The notes below the pieces were generated by a model. The model was not told the DNA's origin. It was given only the letters and a program-made list of their open reading frames with translations, and did not search any database. A stretch of DNA of 43,359 bases, from the IMG/VR virus record IMGVR_UViG_3300012942_000072, positions 1-43,359 of that record; one strand, written 5' to 3'. The translations under genes and the position numbers were made by a program. Below, in pieces: positions 17,790 through 26,457 of this stretch (its first letter is position 1; the number at the start of each line of letters is the position of its first letter). The DNA is from a virus. Taxonomy: Duplodnaviria; Caudoviricetes.

Positions 17790-18707
17790 CTATGCGGCGA
17801 GGACGCCGATCGCGCCGCCGCGGTCCATGAAGATCGCCGCGTCCTGCGCGTAGGCCGCGAGGGGGCCTTTCACGTTGCTCAGCTCAGTGACGGACAGCCG
17901 CCGGACCTTGCCCTGCACGTCCCACGCGGGACGTGCTTCGCACCGGCAGACACCGCCGCCGTGACCCTTGCGGGGAGTGTGGGCGCGGAAGTTCGCGGTC
18001 TGCTCGGAGCGGTACAGGATGCCGTGCGCGGCGCGGGAGGCGAGCATCAGGCAGAAGTCACACGCACCGGGTTCGGCGATGCGGACCCAACCGAGCGACC
18101 GCTTATCGTGCAGGCTGTTAGAGGTCGTGGTGGCGTTGAACGCCTCCATCACCCGCAGCTCGGAACCGGACTGGATCATGCCGCGCATCCACGATGCGAC
18201 GTCATCGACGGTGGTCTGCTGCACGTGGTTCCAGCGGGCGGTGGCGTGGAACTCGGACGGCTTCAACCCTGCCGGCGACTTGCCTGCCCGTGCGGTCTGC
18301 TTCTCGGTGAGGTTGACGGCTGACTTCTGGTCGACGTTGGCGATCAGGTAGCCGACGAACGAATCGGTCGTCATATACCGCTTGACGACGGAAGGCACGA
18401 ACCCATCGTCACCGACTGCGGCGAGGCGTCTGGTTGCGTAGTTCTCGGCCGCGAGTCCCCCTGCCCAGTCGTGGTACTGCTCGAACCTGGGGTCCAGCAC
18501 TTGATCGGCCCACGCGAATAGGGCATCTCGCGCCGCCGAGTCGGGTTCGTTCGCGAACACCCACGGCCCGGCACCCTTGCCCAGCCGCTTGTAACCCCAC
18601 GTCGCCAGCAGCAGCGGGGCGATCAGCTTCCCGTCCTTGTTGATCAGATCCGTGATGTCAGCCGACGTGAGGTCGACGAGCTTCAACGGGTCAGGAAGCG
18701 GTGCCAT
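17790..18707 (-). CDS. MuF-like minor capsid / capsid maturation protein
   Basis: W.R....ACDFCLMLASR...H....CRC motif; lies between portal and scaffold. Confidence 0.8.
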   Translation of the reverse strand: MAPLPDPLKLVDLTSADITDLINKDGKLIAPLLLATWGYKRLGKGAGPWVFANEPDSAARDALFAWADQVLDPRFEQYHDWAGGLAAENYATRRLAAVGDDGFVPSVVKRYMTTDSFVGYLIANVDQKSAVNLTEKQTARAGKSPAGLKPSEFHATARWNHVQQTTVDDVASWMRGMIQSGSELRVMEAFNATTTSNSLHDKRSLGWVRIAEPGACDFCLMLASRAAHGILYRSEQTANFRAHTPRKGHGGGVCRCEARPAWDVQGKVRRLSVTELSNVKGPLAAYAQDAAIFMDRGGAIGVLAA

Positions 18708-20124
18708 TGGCCGGTGCTTCCGGTGCGGCGAGGCGTGCGATCTGCTCCGCGATCGACGTGACCGCGCGCTGCGACTTCATCTCGCTCATCGCCAGCTTGA
18801 CGTCCTGCGGCGACAGACCGAGCATCTTCAACCCGACCTCGGTGTTCGCCAGCGCAGGGGCTGAGGCGATGATCTTCTGTCCGGCGTCTGCCTGCGCCGC
18901 GCGGGAGGTGTAGCGGGGGTCGCGCCAGTCCGGCTGAATGCCTTTCCACTGCGTCCACGCCTCGGCGAAGGAGACGTTGTTCTTGATCGCCAATGCTCGG
19001 ACGACGGCCCGCTTGATGTCCGGCCCCCACCCGTCCGTGGCGATCTCCGCGACACCGATCAGCTCATGCTGCGACGCGTCGTAGGAGTCTGCGGACGTCG
19101 GGTTCGCGTAGTCGGTGATCGCCACCGACGTGTGCGGTAGGGATGCTTCGTTCGCGAAGAGCTTCGCTAGCAGGTTCAGGTCGGCCAGATGCGGTGCCGG
19201 GTCTTCAGCGGGGAAATGCTTGATGTCCGCTCGCTCGGAGCCCTCAGGGGCGTCTACGTCGTCGGGGATTCCCTTGATGCGGCCCAGGCGCACTGAGACG
19301 ATGTCCCTCAGGGTGCCGTCCGCGTTCTTGAACACCGTCTCGTCGGCACCGAGCAGCCAGAACTCCGGCTGCGAGTACACGTCCATGTGGCCTTCGAGCC
19401 GGATCAGCGCGCGCGTCGCAGCGTCCTGAAGACCCATGACGGGTCGGGTGATCCGGGATGTCCCGAACGGGCGGGACGGGGTCGGCTTGTACGCCATCCG
19501 CTCCACAGGGACTCCGAGGCGGTGCTCCTGCGGCGTCCACGCCCACTTGCGGCCCTTCGGCTTCTGCGCCATGTAGGTGATGTTGTCGGCGTAGTAAGCG
19601 AACTGGCTGATGTTGCCCTCATCATCGAACGCCGTGACGGACAGCAGGTCGTCCATCGCCCGCTTGCGGGTGTTCCACGTGCCCGAGGCGTGCAGTGCGT
19701 CCTTGACGTGGATCAACGCGTCGGGTTCGCCGGTCTCGCCCTGGTGGGTGATCAGAAATGCGGGGCCGATGGACAGGTTTGCGGTGATCGCCAGGTCGAT
19801 CTCAGCGCCGAGGCGGTTGTCCTCCCAGATCTCGCCCATGCCGAGCGAGTCGAGATCACCATCGGCCCATGTGAAGCCGTCGAGGTTGGTGCGGTTGGCT
19901 AGCTGATCCACCGCCTTGCTGGCCCAGCCGAGGCACAACCCGAGGTTGTAGTACTGCTGCGGGATGATGCCCGACGCGACCTTCGGCAGCAGCCGCTTTG
20001 AGTCGTAGTACGACAGCCGCAGACGGTTCCGCCGCTTCCGGGCGTCCAACGCTTCGGCGTGGGCGTTGATCGCATCCTGGACGTCGTCGGGAGCGCCGGG
20101 AAGGCGGATCTTGACTACAGCCAC
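18691..20124 (-). CDS. Portal protein
   Basis: RPFGTSRITRPVM, NPTSADS and WRDPRY.SRAAQADAG motifs; follows terminase. Confidence 0.92.
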   Translation of the reverse strand: MAVVKIRLPGAPDDVQDAINAHAEALDARKRRNRLRLSYYDSKRLLPKVASGIIPQQYYNLGLCLGWASKAVDQLANRTNLDGFTWADGDLDSLGMGEIWEDNRLGAEIDLAITANLSIGPAFLITHQGETGEPDALIHVKDALHASGTWNTRKRAMDDLLSVTAFDDEGNISQFAYYADNITYMAQKPKGRKWAWTPQEHRLGVPVERMAYKPTPSRPFGTSRITRPVMGLQDAATRALIRLEGHMDVYSQPEFWLLGADETVFKNADGTLRDIVSVRLGRIKGIPDDVDAPEGSERADIKHFPAEDPAPHLADLNLLAKLFANEASLPHTSVAITDYANPTSADSYDASQHELIGVAEIATDGWGPDIKRAVVRALAIKNNVSFAEAWTQWKGIQPDWRDPRYTSRAAQADAGQKIIASAPALANTEVGLKMLGLSPQDVKLAMSEMKSQRAVTSIAEQIARLAAPEAPANGTAS

Positions 20125-21638
20125 TAGACCGCCCTCCCTCTCCTGTTGCCGACCGTGCGTCCTTGCCCCTTGTATGGGGATTGCTTCTTGCTCCTCGCCG
20201 CGCTCAGCGCCGCCGTGCACGCCAGTAGCGGCTTGAGATCCACTCCGGGCCACTTGCGCTCGAAGAACCAGCCGCCGGACTTTCGGTCTAGCCGTGACGC
20301 ACCCCGGACGGCGTCTGCGAGCGCCTGCGAGCCGTTGTGAGTCACGCGTGACTCGTCGACCATCGCCGCTAGCGACGCGTTCGCCGCTGTCGCCTCGGTG
20401 ACGACGTGCGGTGAGGCGTTCACGCCGCGTAGCTTCAACGTCTTGCCGACCGCCGCCGCAGCGCCCTGTGAGTCATGCTTGACCGGAACCTTTCGGCCGA
20501 ACGCCGCCAACACGTAGCCGACTGTGTCCGACTCGAACGGGGAGGCGAACACTTCCTCGACGTGCGCCCCAGCGTCGGTGAGCCAGCACGCCGCCACCGA
20601 ATAGCCGTCGAGGTCGGCGTTGATGCCGACACCGTCCGGCATGACGTCGTCCTGCTCGCCGACCAGTCGTTCCCACGCGAAGAAGTCGATCGCCGTGGTC
20701 GAGGTCTTGATCTCATCCCAGATGCCGTACACCTCGCGGCGCACATCGTCGGGATGGAGGTTCGCGACCAGTCGCTTGATCGCGGACTTGTTCGTCCGGT
20801 GCGGGAACGATGGGTTGCATGTCTCGACGTAGGTCCAGAACTCCGAAGAGTCCAGCTTTGCCGGGATCTTCTCCCGGTCGCCCGAGACCTCGACGTAGAC
20901 GCCCTCGAACTTCTCGTTCTTCGACGGGTTGTCGTCGATCGACTTCAGCGCCGCTGTCTTACGCCGTAGGAACGCGTCAGCCCTGCCAGCCTCAACATCA
21001 ACCGGCCGCGGCGGGGTTCCAATCAAGATCGCCAACCCGATATCGGAGACGTTCATCGCGGCGAGCATGTCGGCCAGCGCCGTCTCGTTGAGGATCTGCG
21101 CCTCGTCGTACACCTGGACGTCGATCTCGCTCATACCGCGGCCGAAACCGGTCGAGCGGGCACCGAACAGGATGCGCGAGCCGTTCGCGAAGTAGATCCC
21201 GCGACCGTCATCCGACCTGACGACCGGGAACTGCTTGCGCATGTGCTGCGCGATGGCCGGGCGAGCCACCAGCCCGGCCATCTTTTCGAGCGTCTCCGCC
21301 GTCGTCCGGTCATGATGCGATGTCCACACTGCCGTCATCCCAGGACGGGACAGGCACATGCAGATCAATCCGACGCCGATGCCGAACGTCTTGCCGACCT
21401 GACGCGGGATCGAGGCCGTCATGCCGTACACGTCGCAGGCGAGCGTCAGATCATCGCGAACACCGAGCCCGAGCGTCCATAGGTCGACTTGCCAGCCGTC
21501 GAGCATCACGCCCAAGTCGGGAAGCTGGGAGGCGATCAGTGCGTCATACAGCGTCCCGGTGATGTCGTCAGGAAAGGCGACATGCGTAGCAACCTCGACG
21601 AGTGGGCGATCAGCCCGACTTCTTGAACCGCTCGGCAT
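20124..21638 (-). CDS. terL: Terminase large subunit
   Basis: Walker A PRQVGKT, Walker B VYDEAQ, GTPP coupling motif. Confidence 0.95.
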   Translation of the reverse strand: MPSGSRSRADRPLVEVATHVAFPDDITGTLYDALIASQLPDLGVMLDGWQVDLWTLGLGVRDDLTLACDVYGMTASIPRQVGKTFGIGVGLICMCLSRPGMTAVWTSHHDRTTAETLEKMAGLVARPAIAQHMRKQFPVVRSDDGRGIYFANGSRILFGARSTGFGRGMSEIDVQVYDEAQILNETALADMLAAMNVSDIGLAILIGTPPRPVDVEAGRADAFLRRKTAALKSIDDNPSKNEKFEGVYVEVSGDREKIPAKLDSSEFWTYVETCNPSFPHRTNKSAIKRLVANLHPDDVRREVYGIWDEIKTSTTAIDFFAWERLVGEQDDVMPDGVGINADLDGYSVAACWLTDAGAHVEEVFASPFESDTVGYVLAAFGRKVPVKHDSQGAAAAVGKTLKLRGVNASPHVVTEATAANASLAAMVDESRVTHNGSQALADAVRGASRLDRKSGGWFFERKWPGVDLKPLLACTAALSAARSKKQSPYKGQGRTVGNRRGRAV

Positions 21639-21858
21639 TGAACGGTACGACGTTGCTGGTGCTCGCGGCCGAAGCTGCCTTCTGCTTCGCCTCCCGCAGC
21701 GCCTTCACCTCGTCGCGAAGCTTCGTCAGCTCGATCGAAAGAGCCTTCTTCTTCGTCCCATCCCACTCGGCTACGAAAAGCGACGTCACGGCCGCAAGTT
21801 GCAGCTCCGTCGCGCGAAGCCAGTCCGATGCGTCGAGCGCTTCCTGTAGATCAGACAT
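21610..21858 (-). CDS. Terminase small subunit (putative)
   Basis: GGAGG RBS; short helical protein directly upstream of terL. Confidence 0.7.
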   Translation of the reverse strand: MSDLQEALDASDWLRATELQLAAVTSLFVAEWDGTKKKALSIELTKLRDEVKALREAKQKAASAASTSNVVPFNAERFKKSG

Positions 21859-21923
21859 CCCAACCTCCCAGAACCCAGCGAGAAACCCGCGCTGGTGCGG
21901 TAAGACGGGGACGGGAGTGTCCC

Positions 21924-22235
21924 CTAGACGCGCCCGAAGGTGCGCCAAGACTTGAACTGCCGCCCCTTCACCGAACCATCGCCGGCCGACTTCGCCCGAT
22001 TGCACTGCCAACAGGCGTGCTGAAGGTTCTCCGGGTCATCAGTGCCGCCATTGGCGGTCGCGACGATGTGATCAGCCGTGAACGACCTTGGGTGCGGAGC
22101 CCGCGCCGAATAGTCAATCGTGCCGTGAACCGCACGACAGTCATCCGTGATCTGCAAAGCACATGGAGCGTCAGGATCACGCCTCCGCAGAGCCTTCCGA
22201 GCGGACGCAGCAGCCGCAGACGATGCGAACGGCAC
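21924..22235 (-). CDS. HNH endonuclease (packaging-associated)
   Basis: DHIV...GG....NLQHACWQCN motif. Confidence 0.9.
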   Translation of the reverse strand: MPFASSAAAASARKALRRRDPDAPCALQITDDCRAVHGTIDYSARAPHPRSFTADHIVATANGGTDDPENLQHACWQCNRAKSAGDGSVKGRQFKSWRTFGRV

Positions 22236-22330
22236 TCAGCCCCCCCGTCCCAAAAATCGCGCCACACACACACCGCCTATGTGCGTGAGGGGCCGTGATC
22301 AGGCCGAGGCGGGGTGCTCCCCCACCCCTG
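22236..22330. other. Candidate cos/packaging site region
   Basis: Non-coding gap upstream of HNH-terS with G/C runs (GGGGTGGGGGAGCACCCC), a TG repeat and a T-tract; exact cut site not determinable. Confidence 0.45.
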
Positions 22331-22919
22331 CGAAGCTCCAGGCGCGGCGTGACGTCGTGAGGCTCGTGCCGTTGACGCTGGGCGCGTCGCGGTGGTCTAC
22401 GAGCGGCGGCCAGGCGTAGCTGAGGCGTCCGTTGCGGCCGTGCCAGCGTCCGATGAGGCGGTCTGCCCATCTGCAGTGGAGTGGCGCTGTCTCGAGGCTG
22501 GGCAGGACGTTCGGGATGTCGATCCGCGGGATGAGGTAGCCGACTGCCCAGTGCAGTTGCCGTGTGGCCAGCTCGAGGAACGGTCCGCGTGATGCTGTGA
22601 TAGCTGTGGGTATGCGGCGCTGCACCGTCTGGTTGTCACCGGCTCCGACGTATAGGCCGATGAGGTGGTCGGGGCGCAGGCTCACGAGCTCGGCTATGCG
22701 TGTGGTGAATCGGTCGCAGAGGATGGCGTCGTCTTCGAGTATGCAGATGTGACTAGCGTCGGAGGTTAGGCCGATGGTGAGTGCGGCGTGGTGTCCGTAG
22801 GCCGCGCCTCTGTGTGCGGTGTCGAGTGAGATGACGCCGGCCGTGAGTTCGGCGAGCTGTTGAGCCCACGCGATGCGGTCGGACACGGTGACTATGACGG
22901 TCGAGATCGAAGGGGACAT
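22299..22919 (-). CDS. Glycosyltransferase (GT-A fold, GT25-like)
   Basis: HICILEDDA DxD-type motif; H.VGY, D..IG.W and P.LVDH.D.PS motifs. Confidence 0.85.
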   Translation of the reverse strand: MSPSISTVIVTVSDRIAWAQQLAELTAGVISLDTAHRGAAYGHHAALTIGLTSDASHICILEDDAILCDRFTTRIAELVSLRPDHLIGLYVGAGDNQTVQRRIPTAITASRGPFLELATRQLHWAVGYLIPRIDIPNVLPSLETAPLHCRWADRLIGRWHGRNGRLSYAWPPLVDHRDAPSVNGTSLTTSRRAWSFAGVGEHPASA

Positions 22920-22922
22920 ACT
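22894..22922 (+). promoter_or_regulatory. Putative sigma-A-like promoter giving a leaderless transcript of the 22929 gene
   Basis: ATGACG-N17-CATACT-N6-ATG. Confidence 0.5.
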
Positions 22923-22928
22923 TGGTCC

Positions 22929-23252
22929 ATGCCTCACAGTCCTGCTGAACGTGCTGCGCTGATCAAGGCGCAGAACGATCTCATCGCCGAGCAAACAGCT
23001 CGGTTCGCCAGTCAAAGCGATGCCAATGCGAGCCGGCGTCCGGCTGGCCCGGCTGCGATCGTCTGTCCGCACTGCCAGACACTCGGGTCGGTTACCACTC
23101 GGGTCGTGAAGCGCAAGAGCGGCGTATCCGGCGGTAAGGCGACCGGCGCGGTTCTCACTGCTGGCTGGTCCCTGTTAGCGACTGGCCTGTCTCGCAAGGA
23201 GAAGGTCACTGAGATGCGTTGCGGTAACTGCGGCGTGACCTGGAGCGTTTAG
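22929..23252 (+). CDS. Small Zn-ribbon protein with a Gly-rich hydrophobic segment (moron)
   Basis: CPHC...SGGKATGAVLTAGWSLLATG...CGNC; opposite strand to neighbours. Confidence 0.8.
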   Translation: MPHSPAERAALIKAQNDLIAEQTARFASQSDANASRRPAGPAAIVCPHCQTLGSVTTRVVKRKSGVSGGKATGAVLTAGWSLLATGLSRKEKVTEMRCGNCGVTWSV

Positions 23253-23980
23253 AGGTTCCACCGCGCTAGCTCTCGGTCCACGCGTTCGCGGATGTTGAGC
23301 TTGTCGATCCACCGTTTCACCGCGCCGGGTTCGTCCCGTTCGGCGATCCACGCGTTCATCACGTCGCGGTCTCTGATCGCCATGTAGACGGATTGGCGTT
23401 CGTGGGTTTCGCGCCAGCCGTCGCTGCCCCAGCGTGAGGCGTCGTGCTGGAGCTTCAGGACGGGGGCGGCTGATCCGGTCTTGGCAGCGATGCCATGTGC
23501 GGCGAGAGCGTGTTGCATCGCTTCGTCTTCCCCGCCCCAACGGGTGAAGTTCTCGTCCATGCCGCCGACTGACCACCATGCTTCGGGTGAGATGACATAA
23601 GCAGCACCAGGATCGAAGAACCTGCCGCGTCTGGGCCACATCCGCTCCGTAGCAGTCTGAAGCTTCGAGAGCGGCAGGTTGAGGCCGCGTCGGAACGGGC
23701 GCACGTACCCGCCCGTGTAGCTGTCCAGCGCGAGACGCAGGGCGCTCGGTTGGATCAGGACGTCTGCGTCGAGAAGCGCGACGACCGTAGCGCCGAGCGC
23801 TTCGGCTTGCCGCATCGCTGCGTTGCGTGATGCCGCCCGGTTGTACACCTCGTGGCCGCTGTCAGCGACGATGACCGGTAAATCAGGCAGATGCCGCCGG
23901 TAGAACGCTTGGCAGACGTCAAACGCCTCACGGCGGAAGTCCTCGGTGCCTCGGAAATGAAAGGCCAGGACCGCCGTCAT
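23249..23980 (-). CDS. Glycosyltransferase (GT2 / GT7-C galactosyltransferase-like)
   Basis: YNRAASRN, LLDADV and GGMDENFTRWGGED motifs. Confidence 0.9.
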   Translation of the reverse strand: MTAVLAFHFRGTEDFRREAFDVCQAFYRRHLPDLPVIVADSGHEVYNRAASRNAAMRQAEALGATVVALLDADVLIQPSALRLALDSYTGGYVRPFRRGLNLPLSKLQTATERMWPRRGRFFDPGAAYVISPEAWWSVGGMDENFTRWGGEDEAMQHALAAHGIAAKTGSAAPVLKLQHDASRWGSDGWRETHERQSVYMAIRDRDVMNAWIAERDEPGAVKRWIDKLNIRERVDRELARWNL

Positions 23981-24090
23981 AGCGATCCTGGCCGTCTCCC
24001 GGGCGGGGAGATTAAGCACACCAGTCGTCGCGAGACGGTTGCTGGAGGCATGGTCATAATACCTCGGTCCACCGACATTTCCAGCTTCAT

Positions 24091-25191
24091 TCAGCAGTCG
24101 TGTTCGAGCACGGCGATCGGATCTTCGCTCGCCCACGTGCGGAGAACGGTCTGCTCGCGCGGCATCTCGACGGTCAGCCATTCAGGGTTGGCGAGCGCGT
24201 AGTCGATCGTGTCCGCCAAGCATTCCTCCAACGTCACCACAGGCTTGAACCTCGCCGCATGCAGCTTCGAATCGTCCAGCGCGTAGCGGGTGTCATGGCC
24301 GGGACGTTCGGAGTGCGCATCCACGAGTTCGTACTTCAGTTCGGCGTACATGAGCCCGGCGATCTTCTCGGCCAGCTCGAGGTTCGTCAGTTCGATGCCG
24401 GCGACGTGGAAGCGGTGCGGGTAGCGGACGTCCGGGCTATAGCGCAGGCCGTCCGGGAACACGCGAGCGTACTTCTCCACGAAGAGCAGCGCTGCGGCAT
24501 GATTTTGCGCCGGGACATACATGCGCGAGCCCTGCGACCCGTCCGGGTTCGTGTGGATCGTCACCGTCTCACCACGTGCAACCTTGGCGATGACATTCGG
24601 TATGAACTTCTCGGTGTCCTGCATCCGGCCAGTGAGGTTCATGGCGTTGGTCAGGATGATCGGCAGGCCGTAGGAACGCCAGTAGGCGATGGCGTAAGCC
24701 TCGGCGGCAACCTTCGAGGCGGCGTAAGGATTGCTCGGCAGATAGGGGTCTGCCCATTCGGCGAACCACTTCCCCATCGGCGCGGAGCCGTATACCTCAT
24801 CGGTGGAGACGTGCACGAACACTTCGAGGTTCGGCAGCGTCCGCGCGTATTCGAGGACGTTGACCATCAGGTCGGAGTTGTTCTTGATGAACGGCTCAGG
24901 GTTGGCAATCGACTGGAACACCGAGCTGTTGGCCGCGAGGTTGTAGATCTGCTCGACGTCGCCGAACAGGTCGCGGGTGATCCGGTCGATCGGCGCGGAT
25001 AGGTCACACTTCACGACCGTCACCCGTGCCGCGACGGCGGGATCGGCGAGCAGCACTTCCAGCCGCCGCGGGTAGCCACCGTGCCGGAAGCTCACGGGCA
25101 CCACTACATGCCAGTCGGTGGTTCGCATGATCCGGTCGAGCAGGTGATAGCCAAGGAAGCCCGCTCCTCCGGTGACGAGGACACGCTTCAT
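24091..25191 (-). CDS. rmlB: dTDP-glucose 4,6-dehydratase-like NAD-dependent epimerase/dehydratase
   Basis: TGGAGFLG, VSTDEVYG, PSNPYAASK, EKFIP and RPGHD.RYALD motifs. Confidence 0.92.
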   Translation of the reverse strand: MKRVLVTGGAGFLGYHLLDRIMRTTDWHVVVPVSFRHGGYPRRLEVLLADPAVAARVTVVKCDLSAPIDRITRDLFGDVEQIYNLAANSSVFQSIANPEPFIKNNSDLMVNVLEYARTLPNLEVFVHVSTDEVYGSAPMGKWFAEWADPYLPSNPYAASKVAAEAYAIAYWRSYGLPIILTNAMNLTGRMQDTEKFIPNVIAKVARGETVTIHTNPDGSQGSRMYVPAQNHAAALLFVEKYARVFPDGLRYSPDVRYPHRFHVAGIELTNLELAEKIAGLMYAELKYELVDAHSERPGHDTRYALDDSKLHAARFKPVVTLEECLADTIDYALANPEWLTVEMPREQTVLRTWASEDPIAVLEHDC

Positions 25192-25928
25192 GTGACGTGG
25201 AGGATTCTCGCGTTGGGAGCCTCAGCCTCGGTGTGGCACTTCGCGCCGATGTAGTCCTCAGACGCCACCACCGTGAAGTCCCGGTGTGCGACGAAGTTGA
25301 ACAACGCCATGTCGGTGTAGTCGCCTTTCATGCTGTCGTCCAGCCGCCATTCGGCCATGAGGGTGGCGAACTCGTGCATCGTCGCCCGGTCCGCCACCGC
25401 GACCCCGGCGTTCAGCGCGGTCAAGTCCTGGTTCGCGGCGATCCACTGCGAGATCATCGGGTTGGCGTGGAATGCCGGGTCGTTGATGAACCCCGACCGG
25501 CCCAGCGGTTGCCCGTACCAGATCTGCCGCCCCCGACGACCGACACGCAGCGTCTCCGGCTCGCTACACGTGTACAGCTGGCCGGGCTCGATCTGCCACG
25601 GATCACCGACGACGATCACGTCCCGCGCGTCACAGACGCACACCAGATCGAGGTCCGTCCGCTTCGTCAGGAGATCCCGGACGATGTCCCAACGCTCCAG
25701 GTAGACGTTCTCCACCGAGCCGATGACCCGATGGATGCTGACGAACCGGCGGAACCCTGGCGGGACGTCATCCATCGTGAGTTCGTCCGCGCAGACGACC
25801 AGCTCGCCATAGCCCTCGATGGAGGCGGCGAGCCGGTGCAGCTGGTCGAAGTTGACCGGCCAGTCCTTGTGCGGGTGGCGATCCATCTTCGGGCGGGTCA
25901 AGTACATCGTGACGAAGGCGTTCGACAT
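25188..25928 (-). CDS. Glycosyltransferase-like protein (GT-A)
   Basis: CDARDV DxxD motif, LNAGV, DMALFN; coupled to rmlB. Confidence 0.75.
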   Translation of the reverse strand: MSNAFVTMYLTRPKMDRHPHKDWPVNFDQLHRLAASIEGYGELVVCADELTMDDVPPGFRRFVSIHRVIGSVENVYLERWDIVRDLLTKRTDLDLVCVCDARDVIVVGDPWQIEPGQLYTCSEPETLRVGRRGRQIWYGQPLGRSGFINDPAFHANPMISQWIAANQDLTALNAGVAVADRATMHEFATLMAEWRLDDSMKGDYTDMALFNFVAHRDFTVVASEDYIGAKCHTEAEAPNARILHVT

Positions 25929-26026
25929 CAGTCGGTGTCACTCTCGCTGGACTCAACGCTGACCAGCTCATCACCGGCGTCATCAAGAAAGCGGGTGATC
26001 GTGATTCGCGACAAAACGATGCTCAT
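25928..26026 (-). CDS. 32-aa hypothetical protein or remnant
   Basis: Hand translation MSIVLSRITITRFLDDAGDELVSV...; GGAG RBS; stop overlaps next start. Confidence 0.4.
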   Translation of the reverse strand: MSIVLSRITITRFLDDAGDELVSVESSESDTD

Positions 26027-26028
26027 CG

Positions 26029-26193
26029 CTACTCCGTTTGGGTGCCGTACTCGCCCAGCATCCGGTCGAGTCGTTCTTCGCACGCGTCGAGGTCAGCTAG
26101 CAGCTTGCCAACGAGTTGGGTGTGTTCTGCTGCTTGGGCGCGGAGACGGTCACGTTCACGGACGGTGTCGGCGATCGCCTTGCGGGTGACCAT
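26029..26193 (-). CDS. 54-aa coiled-coil hypothetical protein
   Basis: Hand translation MVTRKAIADTVRERDRL...; GGGAG RBS. Confidence 0.6.
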   Translation of the reverse strand: MVTRKAIADTVRERDRLRAQAAEHTQLVGKLLADLDACEERLDRMLGEYGTQTE

Positions 26194-26298
26194 GGCGTCT
26201 CCCGCGGTTGGGAAGTCTTGATCCGGTGAGTATGGAGCGCTTCGCTATCGAGGCGTGGCGGCCGGATCAACGCTGCCTCGTGGTCGTGCGCTCGGTAG

Positions 26299-26372
26299 AA
26301 GCGGGGGCGGAGTCGCACCAGCGTCCTCCGGCGGCGTATGAGACCGGCGATCTACTACTGATCTACCCCGCT
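26299..26372 (-). tRNA. Degenerate tRNA-Met(CAT)-like gene (pseudo-tRNA)
   Basis: AGCGGGG/CCCCGCT acceptor, GATC/GATC D-stem, CCGGT/GCCGG anticodon stem with CTCATA; the anticodon loop has 3 extra nt and the T-stem lacks 1 nt. Confidence 0.8.
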
Positions 26373-26422
26373 ACGCACGACAGCCGCACCCGGATTCGGG
26401 CACGGCTGTACGAGTGAGGACG

Positions 26423-26451
26423 ACGCTAGCTGCCAAGATCGGGATAGGCAA
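26423..26451 (-). promoter_or_regulatory. Putative late promoter
   Basis: TTGCCT-N17-TAGCGT directly upstream of a hairpin, the tRNA-like gene and the glycosyltransferase cluster. Confidence 0.55.
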
Positions 26452-26457
26452 GGACCG

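Noticed and set aside
23977-24090. 37-aa ORF between rmlB and the GT2 gene
   Set aside because: Atypical codon use and no RBS; may instead hold an internal promoter (TATTAT on the - strand), which cannot be confirmed
26208-26417. 69-aa + strand ORF
   Set aside because: Antisense to the tRNA-like element and structured leader; no convincing RBS
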